A stretch of 64,000 nucleotides of DNA from contig CAKKNE010000002.1 in NCBI GenBank assembly GCA_918797485.1, positions 2,232,001-2,296,000 of the forward strand, read 5' to 3'. The notes beneath the pieces were generated by a model, which was not told the origin of the DNA, searched no databases, and saw only the letters and a program-made list of their open reading frames with translations. Below are positions 1 to 10,618 of the stretch, one piece after another (the first letter of the stretch is position 1; each line of letters begins with the position of its first letter). A program made the position numbers and the translations under genes. The stretch is from Pelagomonas calceolata. Its lineage: Eukaryota.

Positions 1-2107
1 CACTCTCATAAGCCTGCTCGCAGAACTTGTAGATGACGTTGTCCGGGTACGCCGTGTAGCCGACACCATTGGCCCCCCGCAGCAGCATCTGGAAGGGGAT
101 GTCCGGCGCCAATTCCCTCAATTGCTCTAAGCGCGCCCAGGGGCATTCGTGCAAGAATCGCAGACAGACGTCGAACGTCGCGCCGCCCCACATCTCTACC
201 GAAAAGGCGCTTTTGCCGAGCGCGTCCTGCGTCTCTCGGGCCACGCGGGCGATGTCGGACGTGCGCACGCGCGTCGCGAGTAAGGACTGGTGGGCGTCCC
301 TCCAAGTGGTATCGGTCACGAGTAACGAAGGAGAAGCTCGCACGGCCTTCGCGAGCGCTTCAGGGCCCTCCTCCCTCAGAATCTTGCGCCAGGGCCCCGG
401 CTCCTTCCTAGCGACGTCGGGCTTCGGGATGTAGGTCGTGCGCACCTTGTCGAGCTTCGACGCGTCCGCGCCGAGCGACGACGGGTGGCCGTTCACCGCG
501 ACGTTCGCGAGGTAGCGCAAGTTCCGCTCGACCCTGAAAACTTTGTCTTGGGATGATTGGAAGTGCATGACGTCCCAGGCGCTCTTTCCTATCGAGAGTA
601 ACGACGGGTTGTCTCCAATAAATGAGGTCGTGACGTCGCCCTTGACGAAATCAGGATGCTCAAGCACATTCAATAAAAAGGGCACGTTCGTCTTGACGCC
701 GCGGATGCGCATCTCGAGCAACGCTCTCCTCATCCTCCGCACGGCGGCGGGCCACGTCGCCGCGCGCGCCGTGTACTTTACCAAGAGTGAATCGAAGTAC
801 GGCGTGATGCGCATGCCCGTGTACCCGACGCCGTCGACGCGCATGCCGACGCCCTGGGCGTGCCTATAGACAGCTAGCGTGCCCGCGTCCGGCGCGAAGT
901 CCCTTTCTGGATTTTCTGTGGTGATGCGGCACTGGATCGCCACACCTCTAGGCTTGATGTCCTGCTGGATCAGGCCCAGCTCTCTCAGAGACGCACCGGC
1001 CGCAATGCGGAATTGCGTCTGTACTAAGTCAATACCGGTCACCTCCTCGGTCACGGTATGTTCCACTTGGATGCGCGGATTCACCTCAATAAAAAAGTGC
1101 TCGTCAGACTTCACATCGACCAAAAACTCGACGGTGCCCGCGTTCTTGTAGCCCGCCGACTTCCCGAGCCGCACGGCGTCGTCCTGGAGGCGCTTTCTTA
1201 ACCCATCGTTCAGATTCCACGCGGGCGCGATCTCGACGACCTTCTGGTGCCGCCGCTGCACCGAGCAGTCGCGCTCCCAGAGGTGGACGACGTCGTTGCC
1301 GTCTCCAACAATTTGGACTTCTACATGGCGTGGATCTTCCACGTATCGCTCCAAGAAACAAGAACCGTCGCCGAACGCCGCCAACGCCTCCGACGCGGCG
1401 CTCTCGAACTGCGACTCGACTTCATCTAACGTTCGCGCAATTCTCATCCCCTTGCCGCCGCCGCCCATCAACGCCTTGATCATGACGGGGAGGCCGAACT
1501 CCTCGGCAAACGCGCGCGCTTCCTGCGCCGTGTCCAGGGCATTCTCCGTGCCGGGCACGACGGGCACGTTCGCCGCGATGGCCATCTTCCGCGCCGAGAC
1601 CTTGTCCGAGAAGGAGAGTAAGTTCTCGACCGTCGGCCCCACGAACGTGATGCCGCGCTCGCCGCACAATCGCGCGAGCTCCGGCGATTCGGACAAAAAA
1701 CCATAGCCCGGGTGCACGGCCTCGACGCCCTCGCGCTCGGCGATGTCCACGATGGACTTGGGATCTAAATAAGCGCCGACGGGCGTGTCTCGCGCCGGCA
1801 GCAAGAACGACTGGTCCGCGCACCACCGGTGCGCCGAGTTCCGGTCCTCCATGGCATACACACCGACCGTCGCCATGTTCAGCTCCGTGCCGGCGCGCAT
1901 GATGCGCACGGCGATCTCGGCGCGGTTTGCGGCCATGACCTTGTTAAAGGGCGGGACCTCGCACGCCTCCTTGACGACGCTCGCGTCGTCCGGCTTTACT
2001 TCCGTCACGGGCGCGACGACGGCCTTGCGCGCCGTCAGCTTGCGGGCGGCGGGGTTGAGCGCTGTTGTTAACGCGCAGACGGCGAGGCAGCGCTGGAGAG
2101 CAGCCAT
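1..2107 (-). CDS. PYC: Pyruvate carboxylase, 5' part (runs off the left edge), probably plastid-targeted
   Basis: Manual translation from ATG 2107 gives a signal-like N-terminus, the biotin carboxylase motif AANRAEIAVRIMRA, and the carboxyltransferase motifs DTTWRDAHQSLLATRVRT, EMWGGATFDV and QMLLRGANGVGY. It is absent from the ORF track because no stop lies in the window. Confidence 0.95.
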   Translation of the reverse strand, partial: MAALQRCLAVCALTTALNPAARKLTARKAVVAPVTEVKPDDASVVKEACEVPPFNKVMAANRAEIAVRIMRAGTELNMATVGVYAMEDRNSAHRWCADQSFLLPARDTPVGAYLDPKSIVDIAEREGVEAVHPGYGFLSESPELARLCGERGITFVGPTVENLLSFSDKVSARKMAIAANVPVVPGTENALDTAQEARAFAEEFGLPVMIKALMGGGGKGMRIARTLDEVESQFESAASEALAAFGDGSCFLERYVEDPRHVEVQIVGDGNDVVHLWERDCSVQRRHQKVVEIAPAWNLNDGLRKRLQDDAVRLGKSAGYKNAGTVEFLVDVKSDEHFFIEVNPRIQVEHTVTEEVTGIDLVQTQFRIAAGASLRELGLIQQDIKPRGVAIQCRITTENPERDFAPDAGTLAVYRHAQGVGMRVDGVGYTGMRITPYFDSLLVKYTARAATWPAAVRRMRRALLEMRIRGVKTNVPFLLNVLEHPDFVKGDVTTSFIGDNPSLLSIGKSAWDVMHFQSSQDKVFRVERNLRYLANVAVNGHPSSLGADASKLDKVRTTYIPKPDVARKEPGPWRKILREEGPEALAKAVRASPSLLVTDTTWRDAHQSLLATRVRTSDIARVARETQDALGKSAFSVEMWGGATFDVCLRFLHECPWARLEQLRELAPDIPFQMLLRGANGVGYTAYPDNVIYKFCEQAYES

Positions 2108-2774
2108 GGCTTGAGGTGCCCTCCGCCTCTCCTACGTGCCGCGAGCTCGCGTTTTTCGACGTATGCCGACCGTGAGGCAACAAAGAGCCCTCGGGCGCGC
2201 CGACCAGGACTTTGGCTCCGAGTTTGCAGTCCTTTGACTACTGCTATGAGCTCTCGCTGCCTTTGGCCTTTGTGTGCTACTGCAGGCGCGCGCCTCGTCC
2301 TGCCACGTCTCGGGGCCACAGACGCGTCGAGAGGGCTGCGAAGGTAGCCTTGCCTCGCCTGTTCATCCCGTCTCCTTGTTGCAGACTAGGGCCCCAGGCA
2401 GCCCCACTACAAGCGACGTTTGTCCTTTCTGGGGCGTTTTGGGCGTTTTGGACTTGGTGGGTGGCTTTTCGAGGTGCTCGGCTTTGAAACGGCCTATCAG
2501 ATCGCAACTCATCATCTCTCCAATCGCGGAGAGACACAAGTCTAATTTGCAATAGGTGTTTCACTGCACTGCGCCAGCGTAAGAATCGACTCGGCACGTC
2601 GAGAGTCATATCAACAACGCTCCACGACTGCAAAAACGCAAGCGCTGCGACGCGCGGCAACAAAAGTTGCATCTTAAGACCTCGAGAGGCAGCGGCAGCA
2701 CCAGGGCGCGGCGCGCGTGCATGCAGCGGCAGAGCGATGCGATCTCAGCCCGCGCCGCGCGCAGGCATAACAAG

Positions 2775-3959
2775 ATGAAGCTCGCCGTCGCCCTCGCCCT
2801 CGCCGGCGGCGCCGCGGCGCTCCGCCCCGCGGCCCGCGCGACCCGCGCCACCGTCCGCATGGGCGCCGAGCCCCTCAGCCAGCAGACGGGCAAGTACGCC
2901 ATGGACCAGGCCGTCCTCGACAAGTACGCGGCCCTGCCGCGCGACAAGATCCAGGCCGAGTACGTCTTCATCGACGCCGACTGCACGGCGCGCTCGAAGT
3001 GCCGCACGTTGGATGCGGCGCGCGTGAAGCAGGGCGTCGACCGCCTCCCGAAGTGGACCTACGACGGCTCGTCGACGGGCCAGGCGCCCGGCGACGACTC
3101 CGAGGTCATCATCGTGCCGCGCGCCGTCTACAAGGACCCCTTCCGCGGCGGCGACAACATCCTCGTGCTCTGCGACACTTACGACCCGGAGGGCAACCCG
3201 CTCCCGACGAACTCGCGCGCGCCGGCCGTGGCCAAGTTCGAGGCCGGCAACGCCGCCGCCGAGAAGCCGTGGTACGGCCTCGAGCAGGAGTACACGCTCT
3301 TCAACCTCGACGGCGTCACGCCGCTCGGCTGGCCCGTCGGCGGCTTCCCGAAGCCCCAGGGCCCCTACTACTGCGGCGCCGGCGCGGACAAGTCCTTCGG
3401 CCGCGCCGTCTCCGACGCGCACTACGCCGCCTGCCTCTACGCGGGCCTCGAGGTCTCGGGCACGAACGCCGAGGTCATGCCCGGCCAGTGGGAGTACCAG
3501 ATCGGCCCCTCCGTCGGCATCGACGCCGCCGACCAGCTCACGATCTCGCGCTACATTTTGGACCGCATCTGCGAGGACTTGGGTGTGATCGTGTCCATCG
3601 ACCCCAAGCCCATCAGCGGCGACTGGAACGGCGCGGGCTGCCACATGAACTTCTCGACCGAGTCCACGCGCAAGGCCGGCGGCCTCAAGACCATCGAGGA
3701 GATGTGCGAGAAGCTCGGCAAGAAGCACCAGGAGCATATCGCGGCCTACGGCGAGGGCAACGAGCGCCGCCTCACGGGCGACTGCGAGACGGCCGACATC
3801 AACACCTTCTCCTGGGGCGTCGCCGACCGCGGCTGCTCGATCCGCGTGCCGCGCGACACGGCCGCCGAGGGCTGCGGCTACCTCGAGGACCGCCGCCCGT
3901 CGTCGAACGTCGACCCGTACGTCGCGACGGCGCTGCTCTTCGAGACGTGCACGAACTAG
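2775..3959 (+). CDS. GLN2: Glutamine synthetase II with signal/transit-like N-terminus
   Basis: Motifs [43 protein letters not shown] and [11 protein letters not shown]. Confidence 0.95.
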   Translation: MKLAVALALAGGAAALRPAARATRATVRMGAEPLSQQTGKYAMDQAVLDKYAALPRDKIQAEYVFIDADCTARSKCRTLDAARVKQGVDRLPKWTYDGSSTGQAPGDDSEVIIVPRAVYKDPFRGGDNILVLCDTYDPEGNPLPTNSRAPAVAKFEAGNAAAEKPWYGLEQEYTLFNLDGVTPLGWPVGGFPKPQGPYYCGAGADKSFGRAVSDAHYAACLYAGLEVSGTNAEVMPGQWEYQIGPSVGIDAADQLTISRYILDRICEDLGVIVSIDPKPISGDWNGAGCHMNFSTESTRKAGGLKTIEEMCEKLGKKHQEHIAAYGEGNERRLTGDCETADINTFSWGVADRGCSIRVPRDTAAEGCGYLEDRRPSSNVDPYVATALLFETCTN

Positions 3960-4093
3960 GTCCGGGCCGCGCAGGAACCATACCCCGCCCCCTGAACATT
4001 TCTCCCGGCCCCTGTGGTGTGTGCGGCAGAATCGTGTCATTCTCTAAAACAGCAAACTGAAACTCCTTTGTTGGGAGTCCCACGTGGTCGGAT

Positions 4094-7000
4094 TCGACTG
4101 CGAACTCCTTATGAGCGCTGGGGGAGAGAAGGAAACGACACGCGGGGTAAGAGGACGATGTGGGGGTATCAATCAGTGCAGGGGGAACATGACGGCCCTG
4201 AAGAGGACCGTTCGGACCCGGAGGGGCGTGGAGCCCACGGGCCGGCCCGCCCGACGTGAGGTCGAGCGGGGAAGAAGAGCACGAACGAACTCGTCCAGGA
4301 CGTTCGCGCAGAGAGCTGGTCGGCCGCGCTCGCGGGCTGCGCGGCCGGGCGGTGCCACCGTCGTGGCACCTGCGTAGGTCGCGATGAGAAGCGATGGTAG
4401 AGTAGTGGGACGCCGGCGCCGCGCCGTCGTCGTCGTCAATCAGTCGTCGTTCGAGATTCGTCATATCTCGAACATCAGCGGGGGAAGAAGGGAAAAAGGG
4501 GGAGGGAAAACGTATTGGACGGTCGCGCCCTCAGCGTGCCGTCATGTACCACCAGGGGTGCTCGTCGTCCTCGAGCGCCTCCTTCGGCCTGTTATCATCG
4601 ACACCGTAAACTCACGAGACGCGTCGACGCTTCGACGATGACGACGACGGTGTCACGGCGGCGTCGTGATCATGACGACGCCATCTTCCCAAAGTTGAAG
4701 TTTCTGCGAGACGCTGACTCAGCGCGGGAACAAGAGCCCGACCGACACGAGGAACTTGTTGTTCCGCTTGATCTTGGCGCGCCGGCCGAGTTCGTACTCC
4801 GACAGCACGGGCTCGACGGGCGCGGCCTTGGTCTTGCGGCGCCGCTTCGGCCGCGGCGCCGGCGGCGCCTTGCGCTTGCGCGACGTCGGCTCCGGGTCCC
4901 GCATCGTGACGTCGTCGTCGGGATCGAAGTCCGGGTCGACCTCGTCGGCCTCCTCGTCGTCGGAGTCGGCGTCGTCCGCGACCGGTTCCTCCTCAGCGGC
5001 GCCGAGCGCGAAGCCGGGCCGCGCGCCCCGCGGGCCGCCGCCGCCCCGGCGCCGCGCGACGACGCCGGCAGCCACGGCGGACTCGAGGGCGCCCTGCTCC
5101 TCGCCGTCGTCGTCGCCTGTGTGGAAATCAACCAGTGTGTGGAATTTCTCGGCGATGACGTGGCCGCGGGAAGAGGCGCACGGAATCTAAAGCCCAGGAT
5201 GCGACGTCGTCCTCGGAGTCGGAGTCCGAGTCCAAGAGAGAGTCGACCGATTCATCATCAGACGAATCTCCCAACATAGTCTCGCGGCGCCGCGACGGGA
5301 AGTCCGCGGCGGCGTCGTCGTCGTCTAAAGCGTCGAACAGACCGCGAGGTAAGAGCAGCACGCCGTCCTCGGTCGCGGGCGCGCCGTCGCCGTCGAACTC
5401 GTCGGACATGGGCTGGAGTCGATTATCTTCGGCCGGCCGCGGCTCGACCAGCATCGGCGCCGCGCCGTTGTCGTCGTCGACGTCCATGTCGGCCTTGACC
5501 TCGGCCGGTTCCTCGAACCTGCGTGGGAACCAGTAAAGCGGCCGTTTTAGTCAAATTTGGCACCGACGCGAGACGTGATGGTCAGCTGCGTGCCGGGCGC
5601 CATCGTGGCAATGGCTCGTAAATGCAAACCCTTGGAGCCGTCGGAAGCCGTGTGGCGGACCACGACACAATTGGCCTCGCCGGGCGGCGCCCGTTTCTTC
5701 ACTAATTCTCTTCCGACCTACGTGTAGAAACGAGTGAGGCGGCCGTAAAATAAGAAATGGCCGTACCTTGCCCGACGGGAGGATCGTGACGATGCGGTCG
5801 CGTCGCACCGGCTCCCGCAGCATCAGGGCCTTGCCCCCGACGCTCCCGCCAGCTATCTCGACCTGCGCGCGTAGGTACGTCGAGTCCGAGTATTACGAGA
5901 ATCGCGCTGGCATCGACGGCGCAGGGCGTCATGACGACCACGGATCCGTTGGGTAGCCGCAACTTTTTCTGCCTGCGCGCGAGAACGTCTCGGACGGCCG
6001 ACGGAAGCAAGGACACCGGAAACGCGCTGCATGTCGAGCTGGGCGATGGCGAAAATGTTGCCCATGACGCGGACCGCCCGTTCGCCTGTTAAATAGTGTA
6101 AGCAACGATTCCATCATCGGACGCGGATCCGCGCCGTGGACGTGGCTTCCGAGCGCCGGCTTGGCAATGAGCTCAAACCGCAGCTCCGTGCCGACGCGGA
6201 CGAGCGGCGCGGATCGCTTCGGCGCCGTGCCACCAATCGTCTTCTGCCCCGTGTAGACGGGGTCGCGGTTCCGCGTCGAGCGCACCGGGCGCCGGCGCGC
6301 CGGCTGCGCGGGCTGGTCGGGCGCCGCCGCGCGGCCGCTCGACGGCGCCCAGTCCGTGGAGTCGTCCTCGTAGGCGCGTACCTTGTGCGCGGCGACCTCG
6401 GGCTCGGCGAGCGCGGGTCGCGTCGGCATGCGCTCGAAGAGCTCGCGCGACGTGACGGTGTCCTGCATCGCCTGCGACGTGCTGAGTCGATTTTGTATGG
6501 TCGAGGACGTCGCACCTTCTTGGCGAATTTCTCGAAGTCGAACCCTTCGCGCTTCAGCATCTCGCGGTCGAGCTCGAAAAACCGCGTCGGCAGGTTGCCG
6601 CCCTCGCCGAAGACGGGCGCCATGTCGTCCTTGCCTATGCGTTGAAACGTTGGAGCGGGCCGCCCGACGACGGCCGCGCCGGCTCGCGCATTTGACCAGT
6701 TGGAACTGCGCCTGGGCGTAGCGCATGCGCCAGGCGCGCGACTTGTAGGTAAACAACGACGTGCCGGCCTTGCGCCAGAAGGGCGTCGAGCCGTCTTCTC
6801 CCGTCCTGCGGGCGTCGGCCGAGTGAGGCGCGCGAGAAAAAGGCCCGCGGCGGCGCGGTGGCAAAAAACACCGATTCGAGTAGCGGACGCCGGTCCATGC
6901 GTCTGCGGAGGGGATTTAAGGCGTGAGAACGATGACGCGTCGAACGCGCGGTGACGGTGTGTTTTTGTGAAGGCGCCTGGCTCGAGGCGCGACGTCAAAA

Positions 7001-8303
7001 GGCTCTCACAAGTCTTGAAGAAGTCCGAAGGACGCAGGAGTAACACCGCTTCGAGGAACACGTGCGTAATTTGGAACTGCGTGCACCACGCGAGGAAGCA
7101 CCTGCGCGGAAGACGACCTCCACGCGATTCAGGAGGCGTAGATGCAAATTTGAAGGTCTTCAGTCGTTTAGTCATCGCATTACTCGATGATATCAAGTTT
7201 TCGGGTGAAGTGCACTGGTACACACCTGCGCGGACGTACCCTTCTGATTCGGAAGCTCGGCCGGTCGGATCCGACAAACGATGCCGAGAAGGGTCCCGTG
7301 CCCACCTAGAATCGAAGAGCAGCACACGAAAGGATCCTTGATCGCATGAACAGGTCCAGAAGGCAAAAGGTGGACGCCGAAAAAAGTACGCGACGAGCCG
7401 CGAGCCCGCCTGCAACGAGCCGCTCGAGCCCGCGCGCGAGCGGTAGGCCGGACTCGTGGCCACGGCGTGGCAGTAGACCGCGGTGTCTCTCCTGTGTTGA
7501 AAAGCGTAAATAGAGCCCGCCGCCGGCGCGAACGGGTCCCGACGCCGACGCGCTCACCACTCGAAGGAGATGACCGCGAGGACCTGCGCGAATCACAAAG
7601 TCACTTCCGCAGTCGATCATGGCTGCGACGGGACCGCACGCCCAGGACGTCGCTTTCGAGGCTCGCCTCCCAGAGCTGCGCGCGGGGGGCGCGGTCGACG
7701 GCGTCGCGCGCGAAGCGAATTTTCGGGCGCGCGCGCGCGCGCGCGCGCACTCTCGCAACGGCCACGCGCTGCGCGGCGCGCGGGCTCTCGCGGGGCGGGC
7801 GGGCGCCTTACCTCGGCGAAGGCGCCGCCCGCGCGCGACGTGACGACGTTAATCCAGTGGTCTTCGGCGTGGCCCGCGAACGCCTGCGCGGGGGCCGTGA
7901 GGCGGCGCGGTCGCGCCCGGTCCCGCGCGGGGCGGCGGGGCGAAATTCCGGGCCGCGCGGGCCAAACGCGGCGCGGTACGTCGGTCAGGATGTCGGCCAT
8001 GCCCCAGGCCCGGCCTTCGCTGCTGGGCCCCCGCTCCACCCGGAAGGTGCAGCCGGTCCAGTCGTCGCGCGCCTCGTTCTTGTGGTTGTTCTCGTCCGTC
8101 GCCATGGTCCTCTGCGCCGCGCTTGCGCCGTAGACGGCCGCCGCCCCAGATCGTTCTGCGCTCTGCGATTTTTTTGATTCGCAAAGGGGCCTCGCGCCCC
8201 CCGGCCGGGTCCGCGGCGCGGACGCGGCCCGGGAGGGCTCGGGGGCCTTGGGGGAGGCAATACTACGAAGTTCCTAGTCGCTGGAGGCGTCTGAGACCCG
8301 TCA
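4094..8303 (-). mobile_element. Dispersed repeat family, longest copy (A), carrying a spliced GNAT-like gene
   Basis: The left ~205 bp (TCGACTGCGAACTCC...) and right ~320 bp (...GACCCGTCA) are near-identical to three shorter copies elsewhere in the window. Confidence 0.8.
4719..8105 (-). CDS. Multi-exon gene inside element A: GNAT-like N-terminal domain, with a probable acidic/basic C-terminal region
   Basis: Phase-consistent GT-AG exons at 8105-7980, 7883-7812, 7675-7640, 7583-7558, 7491-7390, 7101-7045 and from 6805. They splice to ...ILTDAF...LWEASLESDVLGVLAVISFEWRDTAVYCHAVATSPAYRSRAG...RLVACFLAWCTQFQITHVFLEAVTGEDGSTPFWRKAG. Exons downstream of about 6750 are unresolved, and the 3' part may be a separate or decayed gene. 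Confidence 0.6.
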
Positions 8304-8386
8304 ACACGCCGCGCGCGCGACGGCACAAACCCTCTACTAAGTCACAGAGGAGATGCGCCACCCTTCGCTCAGCTAAGAAATCATAC

Positions 8387-9406
8387 TTATGCGTCGTCGC
8401 CGAGGACCTGCTCCCTCACAAACGCCGCGGCGTCGAACGCGTCGTCCTCGGACGCCGGCGCGTTCTTCTCGACCTGCTGCACGAGCTCCCGCAGGAACTC
8501 CGCGGACACGCGCTGGGAAAAGGACCCGTTCTCCTGCAGTAAAACGACGCGCTCGATCTGGGCCTGGACGATGGCCAGGACATTGCGCTTCTTCACGGCG
8601 CCGTCGCCGTTCAGCCGCTCGCTCAACAGCCGCGGCCACGCGTCGGCGTCGCCGGCGAGCAGCTCCTCGTAGAGGTCCGCGGCGGCGGCGTAGTCGGGGT
8701 GCAACGCCGGCGCGTCGCCGCTCAAATCGACCTTCTCCGCGGCGTCGGGCGGCATCATCTCCGCGAGCTGCTGCGCCGCGAGCGCCGCGTCGAAGCGCAG
8801 TACTCTCGAAGCGTAGAGCTGCAGCACTTTTCGCAGGATAGAAACCATCCCGTCCAACCCGTCGTCCTGGGCCTTCTTCGCCCAGGCGTCCACCGTCGAC
8901 AATGCGATTTCCCCCAACTCGCCGGCCTCCATCTTCGTCCAGACCGCTTTTTGCAGCGATGAGAACCGCTCCTCCGATAACGGTACCAAAAACTCGCCGT
9001 CGGGCTCGGCGCACGACGCGACGACCTCCTGCAAGATGGCGGACGAGTCGTCGATCTTTTGCTCCGCGGACTCGACGACGACCGTCAAAGTCTTCGCGAG
9101 GTTATCGGCCAACGCCGTGAGCTTCTCGCGTTCTTCCTCATCCGCATCGTCGCACAGCTCCGCAATGCGCAAAAAGAACTGCGGCCGGCCGACCTGCCTC
9201 AAAATGGTCTCTTGCCTTACTTTGGCCGGGAGGTTAAAGACCTCGGTGTCGGCCAACTCCTTGATGAGGGCATCCGTGCGGCCCTGGGCCAGGGCCGCCT
9301 CGGTCTCGGCTCGTAATAGAGTTGGTCGCCGCGCGGTCAGCGATGGCAGCTGCCATGCGGCGGCAGCAGCCATCAGCAAAAAGGCCAATCGCTGCATCCT
9401 GAGCAT
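8387..9406 (-). CDS. Uncharacterised, probably plastid-targeted alpha-helical protein
   Basis: 339-aa ORF with a signal-like N-terminus and coding-like codon usage. Confidence 0.75.
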   Translation of the reverse strand: MLRMQRLAFLLMAAAAAWQLPSLTARRPTLLRAETEAALAQGRTDALIKELADTEVFNLPAKVRQETILRQVGRPQFFLRIAELCDDADEEEREKLTALADNLAKTLTVVVESAEQKIDDSSAILQEVVASCAEPDGEFLVPLSEERFSSLQKAVWTKMEAGELGEIALSTVDAWAKKAQDDGLDGMVSILRKVLQLYASRVLRFDAALAAQQLAEMMPPDAAEKVDLSGDAPALHPDYAAAADLYEELLAGDADAWPRLLSERLNGDGAVKKRNVLAIVQAQIERVVLLQENGSFSQRVSAEFLRELVQQVEKNAPASEDDAFDAAAFVREQVLGDDA

Positions 9407-9806
9407 TTTGCGGCGCTACGATTCAATTTTATTGCACGCGCGTTTCCAGCGCAAAGAAACGGTGCAGCCGAACCACAGCTCACGCGAAACGCAAGGAGAT
9501 AGCCAGTATCCGCGACGGAGACGGCCCAAGTCGTCAGCGGTCTCGTGTGCGGGTTCTTGTCGGACTCGTCTCAAAGCAGGTTCTTCGTCTGTGGAAACAT
9601 CTCCTTCGCATGAATGGACGGCGAGAAGGGGAACTCGCACTCTACTAACTTCGAGCAGAGCATGCCTGATGCTCTCCGAGTGTGGTCGCGCGCGTGGCAA
9701 CTCTAGGGCGCGAATCGTGCACGTTGAGCCTCCTTGAGGCGCTCAGACGAAAATCAATTGAGAAATCCCAGTCCTTTCCATCGCTGCCGGCTCAAAAACT
9801 GCAGCC

Positions 9807-10574
9807 ATGCCACTTTCACTGCTCCTCGCGCTCGCGACCGCGCACGCGATCACGCAGCCGCCCGACGTCCTCATCACGGGCGCGACGGGCCGCCTCGGAT
9901 CGCTGCTCTACCAGCAAGCGAAAGCCGACACGCGCATCGGTAGCGTAAGAGCGTTCGTCTATAATGTGACGAAAGCTAGGGCCGCGCTCGGCTGCCAGAA
10001 GTGCGACCCGTCGGAAGGCATCTACGTGGGCGACGTGCGCAACCCCTTGGCCCTGAACGCCGCGGCGAACGGCGTCGACGCCGTGCTCGTCGCCGTCGGA
10101 GCGTCGCCGAGTGATACGCCGGCCGTCGCCAAGGCCATCGAGGTCGACGGCGTCGAGAACACCGCGCGCGCGATCTACGCCTCGAAGGGTGCGGCCGGTC
10201 AAGTAGTCCTATGCAGCTCCATGGGCACGACGCTCCCGTCGCCGGACCCGCGCCAGGGCGGCTCGATCCTATTCTACAAGTTAAATGCGGAGGCGAGTCT
10301 TCTCGCGGCGGACGTGAACTCGGTGGTGGTCAAGCCCTGCGGCCTGAGCCTGAGCCCGGCGGGCCAGAGCGATTTACTAGTAGGGCAGGACGACAGCCTC
10401 CTCAACCTCACGGTGCCCGTCGTCGCGCGGGCGGACGTGGCCCGAGTCATGATCGAGGCGACCGTGCGCCGCGAAGCGCAATTACGCTTCGACCTCTGCG
10501 CGCGCCGCGGCGCGCCGACGACGGACCTCGGCGCGCTGCTCGACGCGGCGCGCTACCCGTCGGCGCGCCGATGA
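9807..10574 (+). CDS. NAD(P)-binding Rossmann-fold (atypical SDR) protein
   Basis: Motifs VLITGATGRLG, CSSMG and YK..AE; signal peptide. Confidence 0.85.
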   Translation: MPLSLLLALATAHAITQPPDVLITGATGRLGSLLYQQAKADTRIGSVRAFVYNVTKARAALGCQKCDPSEGIYVGDVRNPLALNAAANGVDAVLVAVGASPSDTPAVAKAIEVDGVENTARAIYASKGAAGQVVLCSSMGTTLPSPDPRQGGSILFYKLNAEASLLAADVNSVVVKPCGLSLSPAGQSDLLVGQDDSLLNLTVPVVARADVARVMIEATVRREAQLRFDLCARRGAPTTDLGALLDAARYPSARR

Positions 10575-10618
10575 CTCCGATCATATGTGGATTGTTAAAC
10601 ACCTAGTTAATTCCGCCG

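Noticed and set aside
2745..4040. Many long antisense or alternative-frame ORFs (for example 2745-4040, 24424-25863, 50597-52576, 54045-56396)
   Set aside because: These are shadow ORFs expected from very high GC3. They are Arg/Ala/Gly-rich, lack motifs and overlap well-supported genes.
4094..4300. Repeat terminus as a Fanzor/TnpB guide RNA scaffold, tRNA or rRNA
   Set aside because: There is no RuvC or zinc-finger ORF in any copy and no recognisable RNA-family features, so it cannot be supported from this window.
6114..7463. 449-aa ORF as a transposase
   Set aside because: It has no catalytic motifs and is better explained as exons and stop-free introns of the spliced gene.
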